Position numbers and translations under genes: made by a program
Part shown: positions 41,966 to 51,647 of the stretch, in pieces
Position numbering within the stretch: the first letter of the stretch is position 1
Layout of the letters: every line of letters begins with the position of its first letter
From: Minisyncoccota bacterium
GTDB taxonomy: Bacteria > Patescibacteriota > Minisyncoccia > Phycocordibacterales > Phycocordibacteraceae
Assembly: GCA_035531495.1 (NCBI GenBank)
Contig: DATKSU010000017.1
Coordinates: 2,668-66,667 of the forward strand
Reading direction: 5' to 3'
DNA: 64,000 nucleotides
The notes under the pieces: model-generated
What the model was told of the DNA's origin: nothing
The model's database searches: none
What the model saw: only the letters and a program-made list of their open reading frames with translations

Positions 41966-42568
41966 ATGAACAATAAAACAATCGGATGGGTGCTCGTTGC
42001 GGCCGCCGCGCTGCTTATCGTCGCGTGGTTCGCCGCGAGCAGTTCGCAGCCCGCGTCCGCGCCCGGCACGACCGCGACATCGACCGTGCCGACGACCTCG
42101 CCTTCGGCGACGCAAACGCCGAGCGCGCCGCGCGCGACGGGGAGTGGCGCGACGACCGTGCAGAAGGCGCCGGGCGCGCAGCCGCCGAAGCTTGCCGGCG
42201 TGAGCTCGCTCAATTATCTCATCGGGCTCAAGCAGAACCTCCAGTGCTCCGTATACACGGTGGGCACGACGCCGTACCGAACGGGCGCGGTGTACATCGC
42301 GAACGGCGAGCTGCGCGCAGACTTCACGACGACCGTGAGTGGGCAAACCCTGAAGTCGTCGATGATCAATGACGGAACATACCTCTACGTGTGGATGGAA
42401 GCCGGCACCTACGGCACGAAGGTCCTCGCAGCGTCGAGCGTGAGCGGCAGCGTCATGGCAAGCCACGGCGGCGTCGACCCGACGACGAACGTCAACTTCG
42501 CCTGCAACTCCTGGACGCCCGAGACGAGCGTCTTCATGCCGCCTTCGAACATCACGTTCCAATCCTAG
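41966..42568 (+). CDS. hypothetical secreted protein (200 aa)
   Basis: TACGCT 7 nt upstream of the ATG. TM/signal anchor then a Thr/Ser/Pro-rich linker and a beta-rich domain. Confidence 0.4.
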   Translation: MNNKTIGWVLVAAAALLIVAWFAASSSQPASAPGTTATSTVPTTSPSATQTPSAPRATGSGATTVQKAPGAQPPKLAGVSSLNYLIGLKQNLQCSVYTVGTTPYRTGAVYIANGELRADFTTTVSGQTLKSSMINDGTYLYVWMEAGTYGTKVLAASSVSGSVMASHGGVDPTTNVNFACNSWTPETSVFMPPSNITFQS

Positions 42569-42632
42569 CCGCAGCCGTCCACGGGCGGTTTCGGACAAGG
42601 TAGGGTAGAATGCCCCTACGCGCCGATTCCAT

Positions 42633-43778
42633 ATGCCGCTCGTCACGAAACGCACGCAGAAAGCCGAGCGCGCGCCCGAGGAGCGCACGCGGCAGTGGCT
42701 GTACGGCCTCATCACGCTTCTCGTGTTGCTCGCCGGGTTCACATACCTCTCCTTCTACTCCAATCTCTTCTCGTACGAGTACCGGTCGGAGGCGGCCGGC
42801 GATTCGGTCTTCATTCCGCTGCCGAAGCTCGACAAGGCGGCGTATGACGGCCGCCTCCTCGCGCTCGCGCACCTCGCGACGTCCTCGCCCGCGGCCATCC
42901 GCTGGCTCGCGGCGATGAACGCGACGACCTCGGTCGCGACGTCGACCGGGAAGCTGCCCTTGTGGCCGATGAAGACCGTGTACCCCGAGGCGGGGGCCAT
43001 CCTGCCGTTCCACCGCGTCGTCGCGTACTACGGGAATTTCTATTCGGCGCAGATGGGCGTGCTCGGCGAATATCCGCCGGATCAGGTGCTCGCGATGCTC
43101 GCGAGCACGACCGCCGTATGGGCCGCCGCCGACCCTTCGACGCCCGTCATCCCAGCCATCCAGTACATCGCGGTCGTCGCGCAAGGCGCGGCCGGCAAGG
43201 ATGGGAAATACCGCGCGCGCATGCCGGACGAAGAGATCGACAAGGCGCTCGCGATGGCGGACGAGATCCACGGACTCCTCATCCTCGACGTGCAGGTGGG
43301 GAAGAGCGACCTTCCGGCGGAGCTTCCGCTCTTGAAGCGGTACCTTGCGATGCCGCAAGTCGAGCTCGCCATCGACCCCGAGTTCTCGATGAAATACGGC
43401 AACCCGCCGGGCACCGTCATCGGCACGTATGACGCGAGCGACGTCAACTACGCCGCCGATTACCTCGCGAGCCTCGTCGACGAGTACCATCTGCCGCCGA
43501 AAGTCCTCATCGTGCATCGCTTCACCGAGGATATGGTAACGAATTACCGGAACATACACCCCTTGCCGGAGGTGGAGATAGTGATGGATATGGACGGCTG
43601 GGGTTCTCAGGCGAAGAAGAAGGGCACGTATAACGCGGTCATCTATTCGGAACCGGTGCAGTTCACGGGCATCAAGCTCTTCTATAAGAACGATCTGCGC
43701 CCGCCCTCGACCGGACTCCTCACGCCTGCCCAGGTGCTCGACCTCACGCCGTCGCCCATTTACGTCCAGTACCAGTAG
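42633..43778 (+). CDS. hypothetical membrane-anchored protein (381 aa), possibly a glycoside-hydrolase-like TIM barrel
   Basis: N-terminal TM helix. Alternating beta-strand/helix segments (…LILDVQVGKSDL…ELAIDPEF…VLIVHRF…) give a weak, unverified GH-like impression. Confidence 0.35.
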   Translation: MPLVTKRTQKAERAPEERTRQWLYGLITLLVLLAGFTYLSFYSNLFSYEYRSEAAGDSVFIPLPKLDKAAYDGRLLALAHLATSSPAAIRWLAAMNATTSVATSTGKLPLWPMKTVYPEAGAILPFHRVVAYYGNFYSAQMGVLGEYPPDQVLAMLASTTAVWAAADPSTPVIPAIQYIAVVAQGAAGKDGKYRARMPDEEIDKALAMADEIHGLLILDVQVGKSDLPAELPLLKRYLAMPQVELAIDPEFSMKYGNPPGTVIGTYDASDVNYAADYLASLVDEYHLPPKVLIVHRFTEDMVTNYRNIHPLPEVEIVMDMDGWGSQAKKKGTYNAVIYSEPVQFTGIKLFYKNDLRPPSTGLLTPAQVLDLTPSPIYVQYQ

Positions 43779-43798
43779 CGCGGGTGTACAATGCGCGC

Positions 43799-44185
43799 AT
43801 GATCGAGCACGTCTCCATCCCGGTCTCGAACGTACGCCGCGCGAAGATCTTTTACGCGAAGGCGCTCAAGCCCCTCGGTTACCGCATGAATATGGATTTC
43901 GCGGATGCAGCCGGCTTCAAGGCCGACGGCCATACGAGCTTCTGGATAGGGAAGGAGCGCACGGTCGTGCCGACGCACATCGCCTTCCGCGCGAAGAGCA
44001 AGAAGGCCGTCGAGGCATTCTATGCCATCGCGCTCCGGGAGGGCGCGAAGGATAACGGCGCGCCGGGCTATCGCGCGTACAGCCGCGGCTACTATGCTGC
44101 CTTCGTCCACGACGAGGACGGCAACAACGTCGAGGCGGTCTATTTCGACACGAGGATGCCCGCGAAGAAGAGACGGAAGAAATAA
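43799..44185 (+). CDS. VOC/glyoxalase-family protein
   Basis: ATG at 43799 (MIEHVSIPVSNVRRAKIFY…) with TGtTACAAT 6 nt upstream; the track start is a GTG at 43784. A βαβββ VOC module. Confidence 0.7.
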   Translation: MIEHVSIPVSNVRRAKIFYAKALKPLGYRMNMDFADAAGFKADGHTSFWIGKERTVVPTHIAFRAKSKKAVEAFYAIALREGAKDNGAPGYRAYSRGYYAAFVHDEDGNNVEAVYFDTRMPAKKRRKK

Positions 44186-44221
44186 AAAACGGCCGCGCAG
44201 AGCGCGGCCGGACGGTTTCCC

Positions 44222-44683
44222 TCACAGCGAGGTGAAAGAACCGATAGAGATGAAATCCTTCCCGGGTTCCCGGTAGTAGACCTCCGTCCGGAATTTCCGG
44301 CCGCGGATGGCTTGCGGCATCCAGCGGCTGTCGGCCTCAAGCATATCGTCGAACGGAAGGTCGTCTACGTCGTACCATTGCGGTACCATGCAGGCCGTCT
44401 CGCGCGGCTCGCCCGTGAACGAACCGGTGCGGAAGACATGCACCTCCTGGTGCGGCACGCCGCCGGCGTAGAACGTGATGACGGCGACCTCTTTGAGCTT
44501 ACTCGCGTCGATCGTCACGCCGGCTTCTTCCCGCGCCTCCCGGATGGCGCAGTCAACGAGCGACTCGCCCTCTTCCTGCTTGCCGCCGGGAGCGTTCACC
44601 TTACCTTCGCAGAATCCCTCCTTACTGAGTCCGAGGAGGATCTGCTCGTCCTTGATGATGAGTACAAGTGTCGCGATGCGCAT
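44222..44683 (-). CDS. NUDIX hydrolase
   Basis: Nudix box GGKQEEGESLVDCAIREAREEAGV. ATG at 44683; the track start at 44752 is a TTG. Confidence 0.75.
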   Translation of the reverse strand: MRIATLVLIIKDEQILLGLSKEGFCEGKVNAPGGKQEEGESLVDCAIREAREEAGVTIDASKLKEVAVITFYAGGVPHQEVHVFRTGSFTGEPRETACMVPQWYDVDDLPFDDMLEADSRWMPQAIRGRKFRTEVYYREPGKDFISIGSFTSL

Positions 44684-44733
44684 GGCAGGCCTCCTGGTTG
44701 CGTGCTCCGGCGGTATGGTATCATCGCCCGCAT

Positions 44734-45459
44734 ATGGATACCAACCAATCAAACGGGAACAAGTTCTTTCTGCCGATAGCCGTCATCTTAGCCGGTTTCT
44801 TCATCGCTGGAGCGGTCGTCTGGAACGGTTCGCATCCCTCGGCCGGCACGGCCGGAACGGCGGGCACGGCCGGGACGCCGCCCGCAGCCGCAGTCAACAT
44901 CCAGGACGTGAACACGTCGGGCAGTCCGTACATCGGGCAGCCGAACGCGCAGACGACCATCGCCTTCTGGTCCGACTTCCAGTGCCCGTTCTGCAAGCAG
45001 TTCGAGGTGACGACCTTGCCGCAGATCATTCAGAACTACGTGAACAGCGGCAAGGCGAAGGTCGTCTTCATGGACTATCCTTTCCTCGGCCCGAACTCGA
45101 TGGTGGACGCGGAGTACGCCCGCTCCATCTGGAAGCTCTATCCGGACAAGTACTTCACCTGGCGCTCGGCGTTCTTCAATAGTCAGCCGCAGGAGAACAG
45201 CCTCGATGCGACGCAGAATCTCGCCTTCATCAAGACGACGACGGATTCCGTCTCCGGCCTCGACTGGGCGAAGATCAAGGCGGATGTCGCAGCGAATCAG
45301 ACCGCCTACGACGCGGCCATCAACGCCGACAAGACGGAAGGGCAGAAGTTCGGCGTGAACGCGACGCCGTCGTTCATCATCGGCACGCAGCTCATCGCCG
45401 GCGCGTACCCCTACGCGAACTTCCAGTCGGCCATCGACGCGGCGCTTTCGGGCGGCTAG
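44734..45459 (+). CDS. DsbA-family thiol:disulfide oxidoreductase (membrane-anchored)
   Basis: ATG at 44734 (the track used a GTG at 44668). TM anchor and CPFC active site in …FWSDFQCPFCKQF…. Confidence 0.75.
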   Translation: MDTNQSNGNKFFLPIAVILAGFFIAGAVVWNGSHPSAGTAGTAGTAGTPPAAAVNIQDVNTSGSPYIGQPNAQTTIAFWSDFQCPFCKQFEVTTLPQIIQNYVNSGKAKVVFMDYPFLGPNSMVDAEYARSIWKLYPDKYFTWRSAFFNSQPQENSLDATQNLAFIKTTTDSVSGLDWAKIKADVAANQTAYDAAINADKTEGQKFGVNATPSFIIGTQLIAGAYPYANFQSAIDAALSGG

Positions 45460-45477
45460 GAGCGCGGCTCGGCATCC

Positions 45478-45514
45478 GATAACGCGCAACCGGCAAGGCC
45501 GGTTGCGCGTTATC
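45478..45514. terminator. long perfect inverted repeat (17-bp stem), terminator or regulatory hairpin
   Basis: gataacgcgcaaccggc-aag-gccggttgcgcgttatc, immediately followed by TTATCAT, 6 nt, then the ATG of the next gene. Confidence 0.5.
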
Positions 45515-45522
45515 ATTCCTGT

Positions 45523-46143
45523 ATGAAGCCTCGCTTCGCTCGCGTTTTCGCGCTCTGGATACCGTTCCTCGTCGCCACGTCCGGCCTCTTCCTGTTTGCG
45601 TACTGGGGGATTCAGCAGCAGTACCGGCAGGACGCGAACAATCCGCAGATACAGATGGCCGAAGACGGCGCAGCGATACTCGACGCGGGCGGCGTGCCCG
45701 CAGCGGTCGTTCCGCGCACGAACCCGTTGTCCGCCGGCGTGCCGACGGTTGACATCACCCGGAACCTTGCGCCCTGGATTGCGGTCTTCGATTCGAGCGG
45801 TACGCCGCTCGAATCCTCGGCGTCCTATGGCGATAAACCGCTCTCGCTCCCGCCGAGGGTCTTCGACACGAGCACGTGGAAGGCGCGCTATGCCGGGTGG
45901 GGCATCGACCTCTCCGTGCCGGACAACGAGACGCGTTTCTCGTGGCAGCCGTCGCCCAGCGCACGGCAGGCCGTCGTCATCGTGCGCGCGAACAACGGCG
46001 ATTTCGTCGTCGCGGGCCGTGCGCTCCGCGAAGTGGAGGACCGTGAGGCGACGCTCACGCATGGCGCCGCCATCCTCTGGGGCGCGACCGAGCTTGGTAC
46101 GCTCGTCGCTCTCGGCATTCTCGTCGCGTTCGGCTGGCTCTAG
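45523..46143 (+). CDS. hypothetical membrane protein (206 aa)
   Basis: N- and C-terminal TM helices. -10-like TTATCAT 6 nt upstream of the ATG. Confidence 0.4.
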   Translation: MKPRFARVFALWIPFLVATSGLFLFAYWGIQQQYRQDANNPQIQMAEDGAAILDAGGVPAAVVPRTNPLSAGVPTVDITRNLAPWIAVFDSSGTPLESSASYGDKPLSLPPRVFDTSTWKARYAGWGIDLSVPDNETRFSWQPSPSARQAVVIVRANNGDFVVAGRALREVEDREATLTHGAAILWGATELGTLVALGILVAFGWL

Positions 46144-46174
46144 CGCGCTGGCGCAGTGCTATAGTAGGACGGCC

Positions 46175-46894
46175 ATGAACGTCCTCGCGTTTGCGCTCGC
46201 CGCGTCGATCGCCACCTTCATCGGCGGCTCGTTCGCGCTCAAGTTCCGCGACAAGCTGCATCTCATCCTCGGCTTCTCCGCCGGCGCGGTCGCCGGCGTC
46301 GCCCTGTTCGACCTCCTGCCCGAAGCCATACAGCTCGGGACGAAGTATCATTCCGCAGAGACCGTCGCGCTCGCCGTCGCTGCGGGGCTCTTCGGCTATC
46401 TCGTCCTCGATCGGCTCATCTTCCTTCACTCGCACGACGAGGATAACGGGGAGGCGAACGCGCCGCGCGGCTCCTTCGGCGCGCTCACGCTCTCCGCGCA
46501 TAGCTTCCTCGACGGCATCGCCATCGGCGTCGGCTTCCAGGCGTCGGCCGCCGTCGGCATGGTCGTGACCGTCGCCGTGCTCACGCACGACTTCTCCGAC
46601 GGCATCAACACTGTGAATCTCGTGCTCAGGAACGGCGGCCCGTGGCGGCAGGCCTTCCGCTGGCTCCTCGTCGACGCGGCGGCACCCGTGCTCGGGGCAG
46701 CGTCGACGCTCCTCGTCGCCATCCCCGACTCGGCAATCGGCCTCATCCTCGGCATATTCGTCGGCACGTTCCTCTACCTGTCATCGAGCGACCTCATCCC
46801 GGAAAGCCATCACCGCCATCCGCGCGCCCTCACGACCGTCATGACGCTTTTCGGTGCCGGGCTCCTTTATCTCGTCGTCCACCTTGCAAGTTAG
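46175..46894 (+). CDS. ZIP-family metal (zinc) transporter
   Basis: ATG at 46175 with TATAGT 9 nt upstream; the track ORF starts far upstream at 45596. Multi-TM with a ZIP-like …HDFSDGI… signature. Confidence 0.8.
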   Translation: MNVLAFALAASIATFIGGSFALKFRDKLHLILGFSAGAVAGVALFDLLPEAIQLGTKYHSAETVALAVAAGLFGYLVLDRLIFLHSHDEDNGEANAPRGSFGALTLSAHSFLDGIAIGVGFQASAAVGMVVTVAVLTHDFSDGINTVNLVLRNGGPWRQAFRWLLVDAAAPVLGAASTLLVAIPDSAIGLILGIFVGTFLYLSSSDLIPESHHRHPRALTTVMTLFGAGLLYLVVHLAS

Positions 46895-46943
46895 GGCGCG
46901 ATAGGGCGTACTAGTAGCTATAGCGGCTTCATCATCATTTCCT

Positions 46944-47639
46944 ATGGAAACCATCACTCTCGATACGAGCAACGCGACCTCGATGCCGGTGCACGCGGCG
47001 CGCCCGAAGGGGAAGGCGACGAAGGGCATCATCGTCGTCCAGGAGGCGTTCGGCGTAAACGATTACATCAAGCGCATCGCCGGACGCTTCGCGAAGCAAG
47101 GATTCCTCGCGGTCGCGCCGGAACTCTTCCACCGCAGCGCGCCGGCCGGTTTCGAAGGCTCGTACACGGACTACCAGGGCATCATGCCGCACATGCAGGC
47201 CTTGACTGACGAGGGCATTCTGGCCGACATAACGGCGGCGTACGAGTGGCTCGCCGCCGAGGGCGTGTCGAAGGACCGCATCGCCGTCATCGGCTTCTGC
47301 ATGGGCGGCCGCGCGAGTTTCCTCGCGAACGCCTCGCTTCCGGTCGCGGCGGCCGTCTCCTTCTACGGCGGCGGCATCGCGCAGACCCTCCTCCCGCGCG
47401 CGAAGAATCTCCATGCGCCGCAGCTCCTCATGTGGGGCGGCAAGGATACGCACATCCTGCCGGAGCACGTGCGCGCGGTCTCCGACGCGCTCACTGCGGC
47501 AGGGAAGCCGTTCGTTGAGGCGACGTTCTCGGAAGCGGGGCACGGTTTCGCGTGCGACGCGCGCGATGCGTACCACAAGCCATCGGCCGACCTCGCGTGG
47601 GTCCTCGCCGACGCGTTCATCGCGGAGCGCCTCCCCTAG
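46944..47639 (+). CDS. dienelactone hydrolase-family alpha/beta hydrolase
   Basis: …KGIIVVQEAFGVNDYIKRIAGRFAKQGFLAVAPELF…IGFCMGG…. Confidence 0.72.
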   Translation: METITLDTSNATSMPVHAARPKGKATKGIIVVQEAFGVNDYIKRIAGRFAKQGFLAVAPELFHRSAPAGFEGSYTDYQGIMPHMQALTDEGILADITAAYEWLAAEGVSKDRIAVIGFCMGGRASFLANASLPVAAAVSFYGGGIAQTLLPRAKNLHAPQLLMWGGKDTHILPEHVRAVSDALTAAGKPFVEATFSEAGHGFACDARDAYHKPSADLAWVLADAFIAERLP

Positions 47640-47646
47640 GCGGTGC

Positions 47647-47652
47647 TATACT
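47647..47652 (+). promoter_or_regulatory. -10 hexamer TATACT 7 nt upstream of ATG
   Basis: gcTATACTgcctcgcATG. Confidence 0.35.
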
Positions 47653-47659
47653 GCCTCGC

Positions 47660-47995
47660 ATGAAGCTCTTCTTCCACTGGCTCATCGCCGCGATCGCCAT
47701 CGGCATCACGGCGTACATCGTGCCGGGCGTCTCGATAACGCTCGGCGGCGCGCTCATCGCCGCGGTCGTCCTCGGCGCCTTGAACATCTTCATCCGTCCG
47801 GTGCTCATGCTGCTCGCGTTGCCCATCAACATCCTCACGCTCGGGCTCTTCTCGCTTGTCATCAACGCGCTCCTCGTGATGCTCGCCGCGCTCCTCGTGC
47901 CGGGCTTCTCGATCGCCGGCTTCTGGACGGCGCTCCTCTTCGCGCTCGTCCTTGCCGTCATCAATTGGGTTTTCCACCTCTGGAGCCGCGCCTAG
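47660..47995 (+). CDS. phage-holin-4-like / DUF360-family small membrane protein
   Basis: 111 aa with three to four TM helices (MKLFFHWLIAAIAIGITAYIVPGV…). The family is widespread outside phages. Confidence 0.55.
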   Translation: MKLFFHWLIAAIAIGITAYIVPGVSITLGGALIAAVVLGALNIFIRPVLMLLALPINILTLGLFSLVINALLVMLAALLVPGFSIAGFWTALLFALVLAVINWVFHLWSRA

Positions 47996-47996
47996 C

Positions 47997-48209
47997 ATGA
48001 TCGATCCAGAACTCGCCGCGAAGCTCGACGAGATCAGCGCGAAAGCCGACGCCGCCTACCGCGCGGCGGAGACGTCGCGCAAGTATCTCTTCTGGACCGG
48101 CGTCGTGACTGTCGCCCTCATCATCCTGCCGCTCATCGGCCTCGTCTTCGTCATCCCGCAATTCGTGAATACTTACACGACGACCCTGAATGGTATCGGC
48201 GGCTCCTAG
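47997..48209 (+). CDS. hypothetical small membrane protein (70 aa)
   Basis: ATG two nucleotides after the preceding stop. Single TM helix. Confidence 0.3.
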   Translation: MIDPELAAKLDEISAKADAAYRAAETSRKYLFWTGVVTVALIILPLIGLVFVIPQFVNTYTTTLNGIGGS

Positions 48210-48820
48210 GCCCGGCGCCTCGCGCGGCGCGAGAAGACAATGGGGAGGAATGAGAGTACGACGATGACGAGCGAGAGCGGCAGCACGTAGTGCTCGCTGC
48301 CGGGCAGGATCGAGCCGAGGAAATAGCCGACTGCGAGGACGCCGGCGCCCCAGAGGGCGCCGCCGAGCGCGTTGTACGCGAGGAAGCGGCCGTAAGTCAT
48401 CGAGCCGGCGCCGGCGAGGATAGGCGCGATAGTGCGGACGATGGGCACGAAGCGTGCGAGCATGACCGTCCGCGCGCCGTATCGCTCGTAGAACTTTTCC
48501 GTACGTTCGATGTATTCCCGCTTGAAGAAGCGGGAATCTTTCTTATTGAAGAGGTTATCGCCCACGTTCGCGCCGAACCAATAGCCGACGGAATCGCCGA
48601 GGATGGCGCACAGGACGACGATGACGACGAGCGTCCCGAAGGAGAGGAAGCCGCCCGCGGCGAGGAGTCCGGCGACGAAGAGGAGGGAATCGCCCGGCAG
48701 GAGGATGCCGATGAGGAGCCCGCTCTCCGCAAAGATGATGCCGGCGATACCGAGGTAGCCGCCCGCCTTCACGATCGCGAGGGGGTCGAGATGTACGCAC
48801 GCGATGAGGAAATTCAGCAT
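48206..48820 (-). CDS. DedA-family membrane protein
   Basis: ATG at 48820 (MLNFLIACV…). DedA signature …GDSVGYWFG… and …RFVPIVRTIAPILAG…. The track ORF extends spuriously to 50158. Confidence 0.75.
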   Translation of the reverse strand: MLNFLIACVHLDPLAIVKAGGYLGIAGIIFAESGLLIGILLPGDSLLFVAGLLAAGGFLSFGTLVVIVVLCAILGDSVGYWFGANVGDNLFNKKDSRFFKREYIERTEKFYERYGARTVMLARFVPIVRTIAPILAGAGSMTYGRFLAYNALGGALWGAGVLAVGYFLGSILPGSEHYVLPLSLVIVVLSFLPIVFSRRARRRA

Positions 48821-48830
48821 TCGCGTGCAG

Positions 48831-48836
48831 TATACT
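48831..48836 (+). promoter_or_regulatory. -10 hexamer TATACT 8 nt upstream of the second ATG (48845)
   Basis: cagTATACTagATGgaaATGg. The first ATG is only 2 nt from the hexamer, so a leaderless start at 48845 is more likely. Confidence 0.35.
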
Positions 48837-48844
48837 AGATGGAA

Positions 48845-51643
48845 ATGGAATCGGCGCCGACATTGTCCACGCCTGAGGCGGAGCTCGCGTACCTGCGCGA
48901 ACAGGTCGCGCGCAAGGAGGCCGAACTCTCCGCCGCCGGCCGCGCGGACGCGGCTGCCGAGCGCCCGCGGCTCGTCGCCGAGGAGCTGCGCGCGCACCAA
49001 GCGGCGCCAGCCGAGATACTCGCGTCCGCGTACCGCATGAGCGCCACCGAGGCCGCGAGCGCCGCCGAGCGCATTCTCGCCGAACTCGACGTCGGCGACG
49101 AGGCGGACGCGATACGGCAGATACAGCAGGTGCTCGAGGAGAAGGGCATCAAGAACGCGCTCGCCGTGCTCGAGAAGCTCCAGAATCCGCGCATCGGCGA
49201 CGACCTGCACCGCTATCTCGTGCGCTACATCGCAGCCGGATTGCCAATGGCCGCCGGCGGCGAGAAGCTGCCGCAGTTCGCCGCGCTCCGCATGACGCTC
49301 TACGAGATCGCCTTGCCGGAACCGAAGGGCGCGGACGGCGGCGGGCGCGAGAAGTCGCTCAAGGAGCTCATCTCTGCGATGGAGCAGTTCTACGCGGGAC
49401 TCCTCTCGGTCGCCGAAGCGGCGCCCGGCGAGCCCGGCTACTACGCGCTCGAGCTTGCCGTTCCGGCGGAGAGCCCGGAGCTCCAGTTCTACGCGGCGAT
49501 TCCGAACGGCAAACGCAACCTCTTCGAGAAGCAGCTCCTCGCGATGTTTCCGGACGCGCATCTCGTCCCGCAGCCGCTCGATTACAACGTCTTCGCGGCT
49601 GGCGGCGCGTCGCTCGCGTCGGTCGCGCGGCTGGCGGCGAACCCGGCGCTCCCGCTCAAGGATTACGCCGATTTCGATTACGACCCCTTGAACGCCGTCA
49701 CGAACGCCTTCGCGAAGATCGAGCACGTCGGCGAAGGCGCCGCCATCCAGTTCATCATCGAGCCGCGCGGCGAGCGCCACGTCGAGCACTACCGGAAAGT
49801 CCTCCATGCGCTCCAGAAGGGTGAGACGGTCGCGCAGGCGCTCCGGACGCCCGGGACCGTGTTCGGCGAGCTCGCGCGCGACGTCGCGAAGACGTTCTTC
49901 TCGCGGACGCCGGACGAGAAAGGGAAGGAGAAAGCGAAGGAAGACGCAGCGCGTCGCGTCGAGGAGAACAAGCCGACCGCCGAACAGGTGGAGCGCAAGA
50001 TTTCCGCGCCCATCGTCGGTACGACCATCCGCCTCGTGACGTCGTCGAAAGACGCGACGAAGGCGGCGCAGGTGCTCGGCGAGCTTGAGGCGGCATTCAA
50101 CCAGTTCGCGAACACGCGGGGCAACCGGCTCGAGTTCGCGCGCATGACGCCCGGGCAAAAGGGCGCCGCGCGCGTCTTCGAGGACTTCTCGTTCCGCCTG
50201 CCGGAGGCCACCGGGCTGCCCTTATCCTTGCGCGAGCTCACGGCGCTCTACCACTTCCCGCCGTCGGGCGTCGCATCGTCGCCGCACCTGAAGCAGGCGC
50301 GCTTCACGCACGCGCCCGCGTCCCTCTCGCTCTCGAAGGAGGGCGCGCTCCTCGGGACGAATAGTTATCGCGGCCACGACACGGCGGTGTACCTTGACCC
50401 AGAGGACCGGCTGCGGCACCTCTACGTCGTCGGTCAGACGGGTACCGGCAAGACAGGTCTCATGAAGAACCTCATCATCCAGGACATCCGCCGCGGCGAA
50501 GGCTGCTGCTTCATCGATCCGCACGGTAATGACATCTTCGACATCCTCGCGGCCGTGCCGCCTGAGCGCTATGAGGACGTCATTTACTTCGATCCGGCTG
50601 ACCTCTCACGCCCATTCGGCCTCAATTTCCTCGAATACGAGCATTCGCGCCCCGAGCAGAAGACGTTCATCGTGAATGAGCTCCTCGCCATCTTCCGCCG
50701 CCTGTATGGTGACGTGCCGGAGAGCATGGGGCCAGCTTTCGAGCAATACTTCAGGAACGCGACCCTGCTCGTCATGGAAGATCCCTCATCGGGCTCGACC
50801 ATCCTCGATATCGCGCGTGTGCTCTCGAATGCGGAGTTCCGTGCGCTGAAGCTCGCGAAAAGCATGAACCCCATCGTGAACCAGTTCTGGACGGAGATAG
50901 CGACGAAGGCCGGCGGGGAAGCGGCGCTTGAGAACATTGTCCCGTACATCACGAACAAGTTCGACGACTTCACGGCGAACGACTTCATCCGACCCATCGT
51001 CGGGCAGCAGGAATCGTCGTTCAAGTTCCGCGACGTCATGGACAACCGCAAGATCCTCCTCGTGAACCTTTCGAAAGGGCGGCTCGGCGAGCGCAACGCG
51101 AACCTGCTCGGCCTCGTCGTCGTCGGCAAGCTCTTCATGGCCGCGCTCGCGCGCGCCGACAATCCGCGCGCGGCATATCCGCCGTTCTACCTCTACATCG
51201 ACGAATTCCAGAACGTCACGACCGATTCCGTCCCCGGCATCCTCTCCGAGGCGCGCAAATACAAGCTCGCGCTTTCGATGGCGCACCAGTTCCTCGCGCA
51301 GCTCGAGGAGAAGACGCGCGACGCCGTCTTCGGCAACGTCGGCAACATGACGATCTTCCGCGTGGGCGAGGAAGACGCCGAATTCTTCGCCAAGCAGTTC
51401 GCGCCAGTCTTCGGCGCGCCGGATTTCGTGAGCATCGAGAACAGGAGCGCCTATGTGAAGCTGCTCGCGCACGGCGTGCCGCAGAAGCCGTTCGATATCC
51501 GCACGCCGGACCTGCTGGCGGGCAATCCGGCGCAGGTTGACGAGCTTATCCAGCTTTCCGCGCTCACTTACGGCCGCGACCGTGCTACTGTGGAGACGAC
51601 GATCCGCGAACGCTACCTGGGCCGCGCGGCAGCTGCTATATGA
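48845..51643 (+). CDS. FtsK/HerA-superfamily P-loop ATPase, TraD/VirD4 (T4SS coupling protein)-like with TraD_C-like tail; no TM anchor
   Basis: Walker A VVGQTGTGKTG followed by CFIDPHGND, Walker B YLYIDEFQN, and C-terminal …ARKYKLALSMAHQFLAQL…. The N-terminal 480 aa are soluble and unassigned. Confidence 0.65.
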   Translation: MESAPTLSTPEAELAYLREQVARKEAELSAAGRADAAAERPRLVAEELRAHQAAPAEILASAYRMSATEAASAAERILAELDVGDEADAIRQIQQVLEEKGIKNALAVLEKLQNPRIGDDLHRYLVRYIAAGLPMAAGGEKLPQFAALRMTLYEIALPEPKGADGGGREKSLKELISAMEQFYAGLLSVAEAAPGEPGYYALELAVPAESPELQFYAAIPNGKRNLFEKQLLAMFPDAHLVPQPLDYNVFAAGGASLASVARLAANPALPLKDYADFDYDPLNAVTNAFAKIEHVGEGAAIQFIIEPRGERHVEHYRKVLHALQKGETVAQALRTPGTVFGELARDVAKTFFSRTPDEKGKEKAKEDAARRVEENKPTAEQVERKISAPIVGTTIRLVTSSKDATKAAQVLGELEAAFNQFANTRGNRLEFARMTPGQKGAARVFEDFSFRLPEATGLPLSLRELTALYHFPPSGVASSPHLKQARFTHAPASLSLSKEGALLGTNSYRGHDTAVYLDPEDRLRHLYVVGQTGTGKTGLMKNLIIQDIRRGEGCCFIDPHGNDIFDILAAVPPERYEDVIYFDPADLSRPFGLNFLEYEHSRPEQKTFIVNELLAIFRRLYGDVPESMGPAFEQYFRNATLLVMEDPSSGSTILDIARVLSNAEFRALKLAKSMNPIVNQFWTEIATKAGGEAALENIVPYITNKFDDFTANDFIRPIVGQQESSFKFRDVMDNRKILLVNLSKGRLGERNANLLGLVVVGKLFMAALARADNPRAAYPPFYLYIDEFQNVTTDSVPGILSEARKYKLALSMAHQFLAQLEEKTRDAVFGNVGNMTIFRVGEEDAEFFAKQFAPVFGAPDFVSIENRSAYVKLLAHGVPQKPFDIRTPDLLAGNPAQVDELIQLSALTYGRDRATVETTIRERYLGRAAAAI

Positions 51644-51647
51644 ACAT

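Noticed and set aside
47660-48209. Holin-family protein plus small TM protein as a prophage lysis cassette
   Set aside because: No endolysin, spanin or other phage genes nearby. The Phage_holin_4-like/DUF360 family is widespread in non-phage contexts. Flanked by DLH hydrolase and DedA.
48839-48844. First ATG (48839) as the start of the ATPase
   Set aside because: It is only 2 nt after the TATACT hexamer, too close for transcription to include it. The second ATG at 48845 fits the 6-9 nt spacing seen at other genes.
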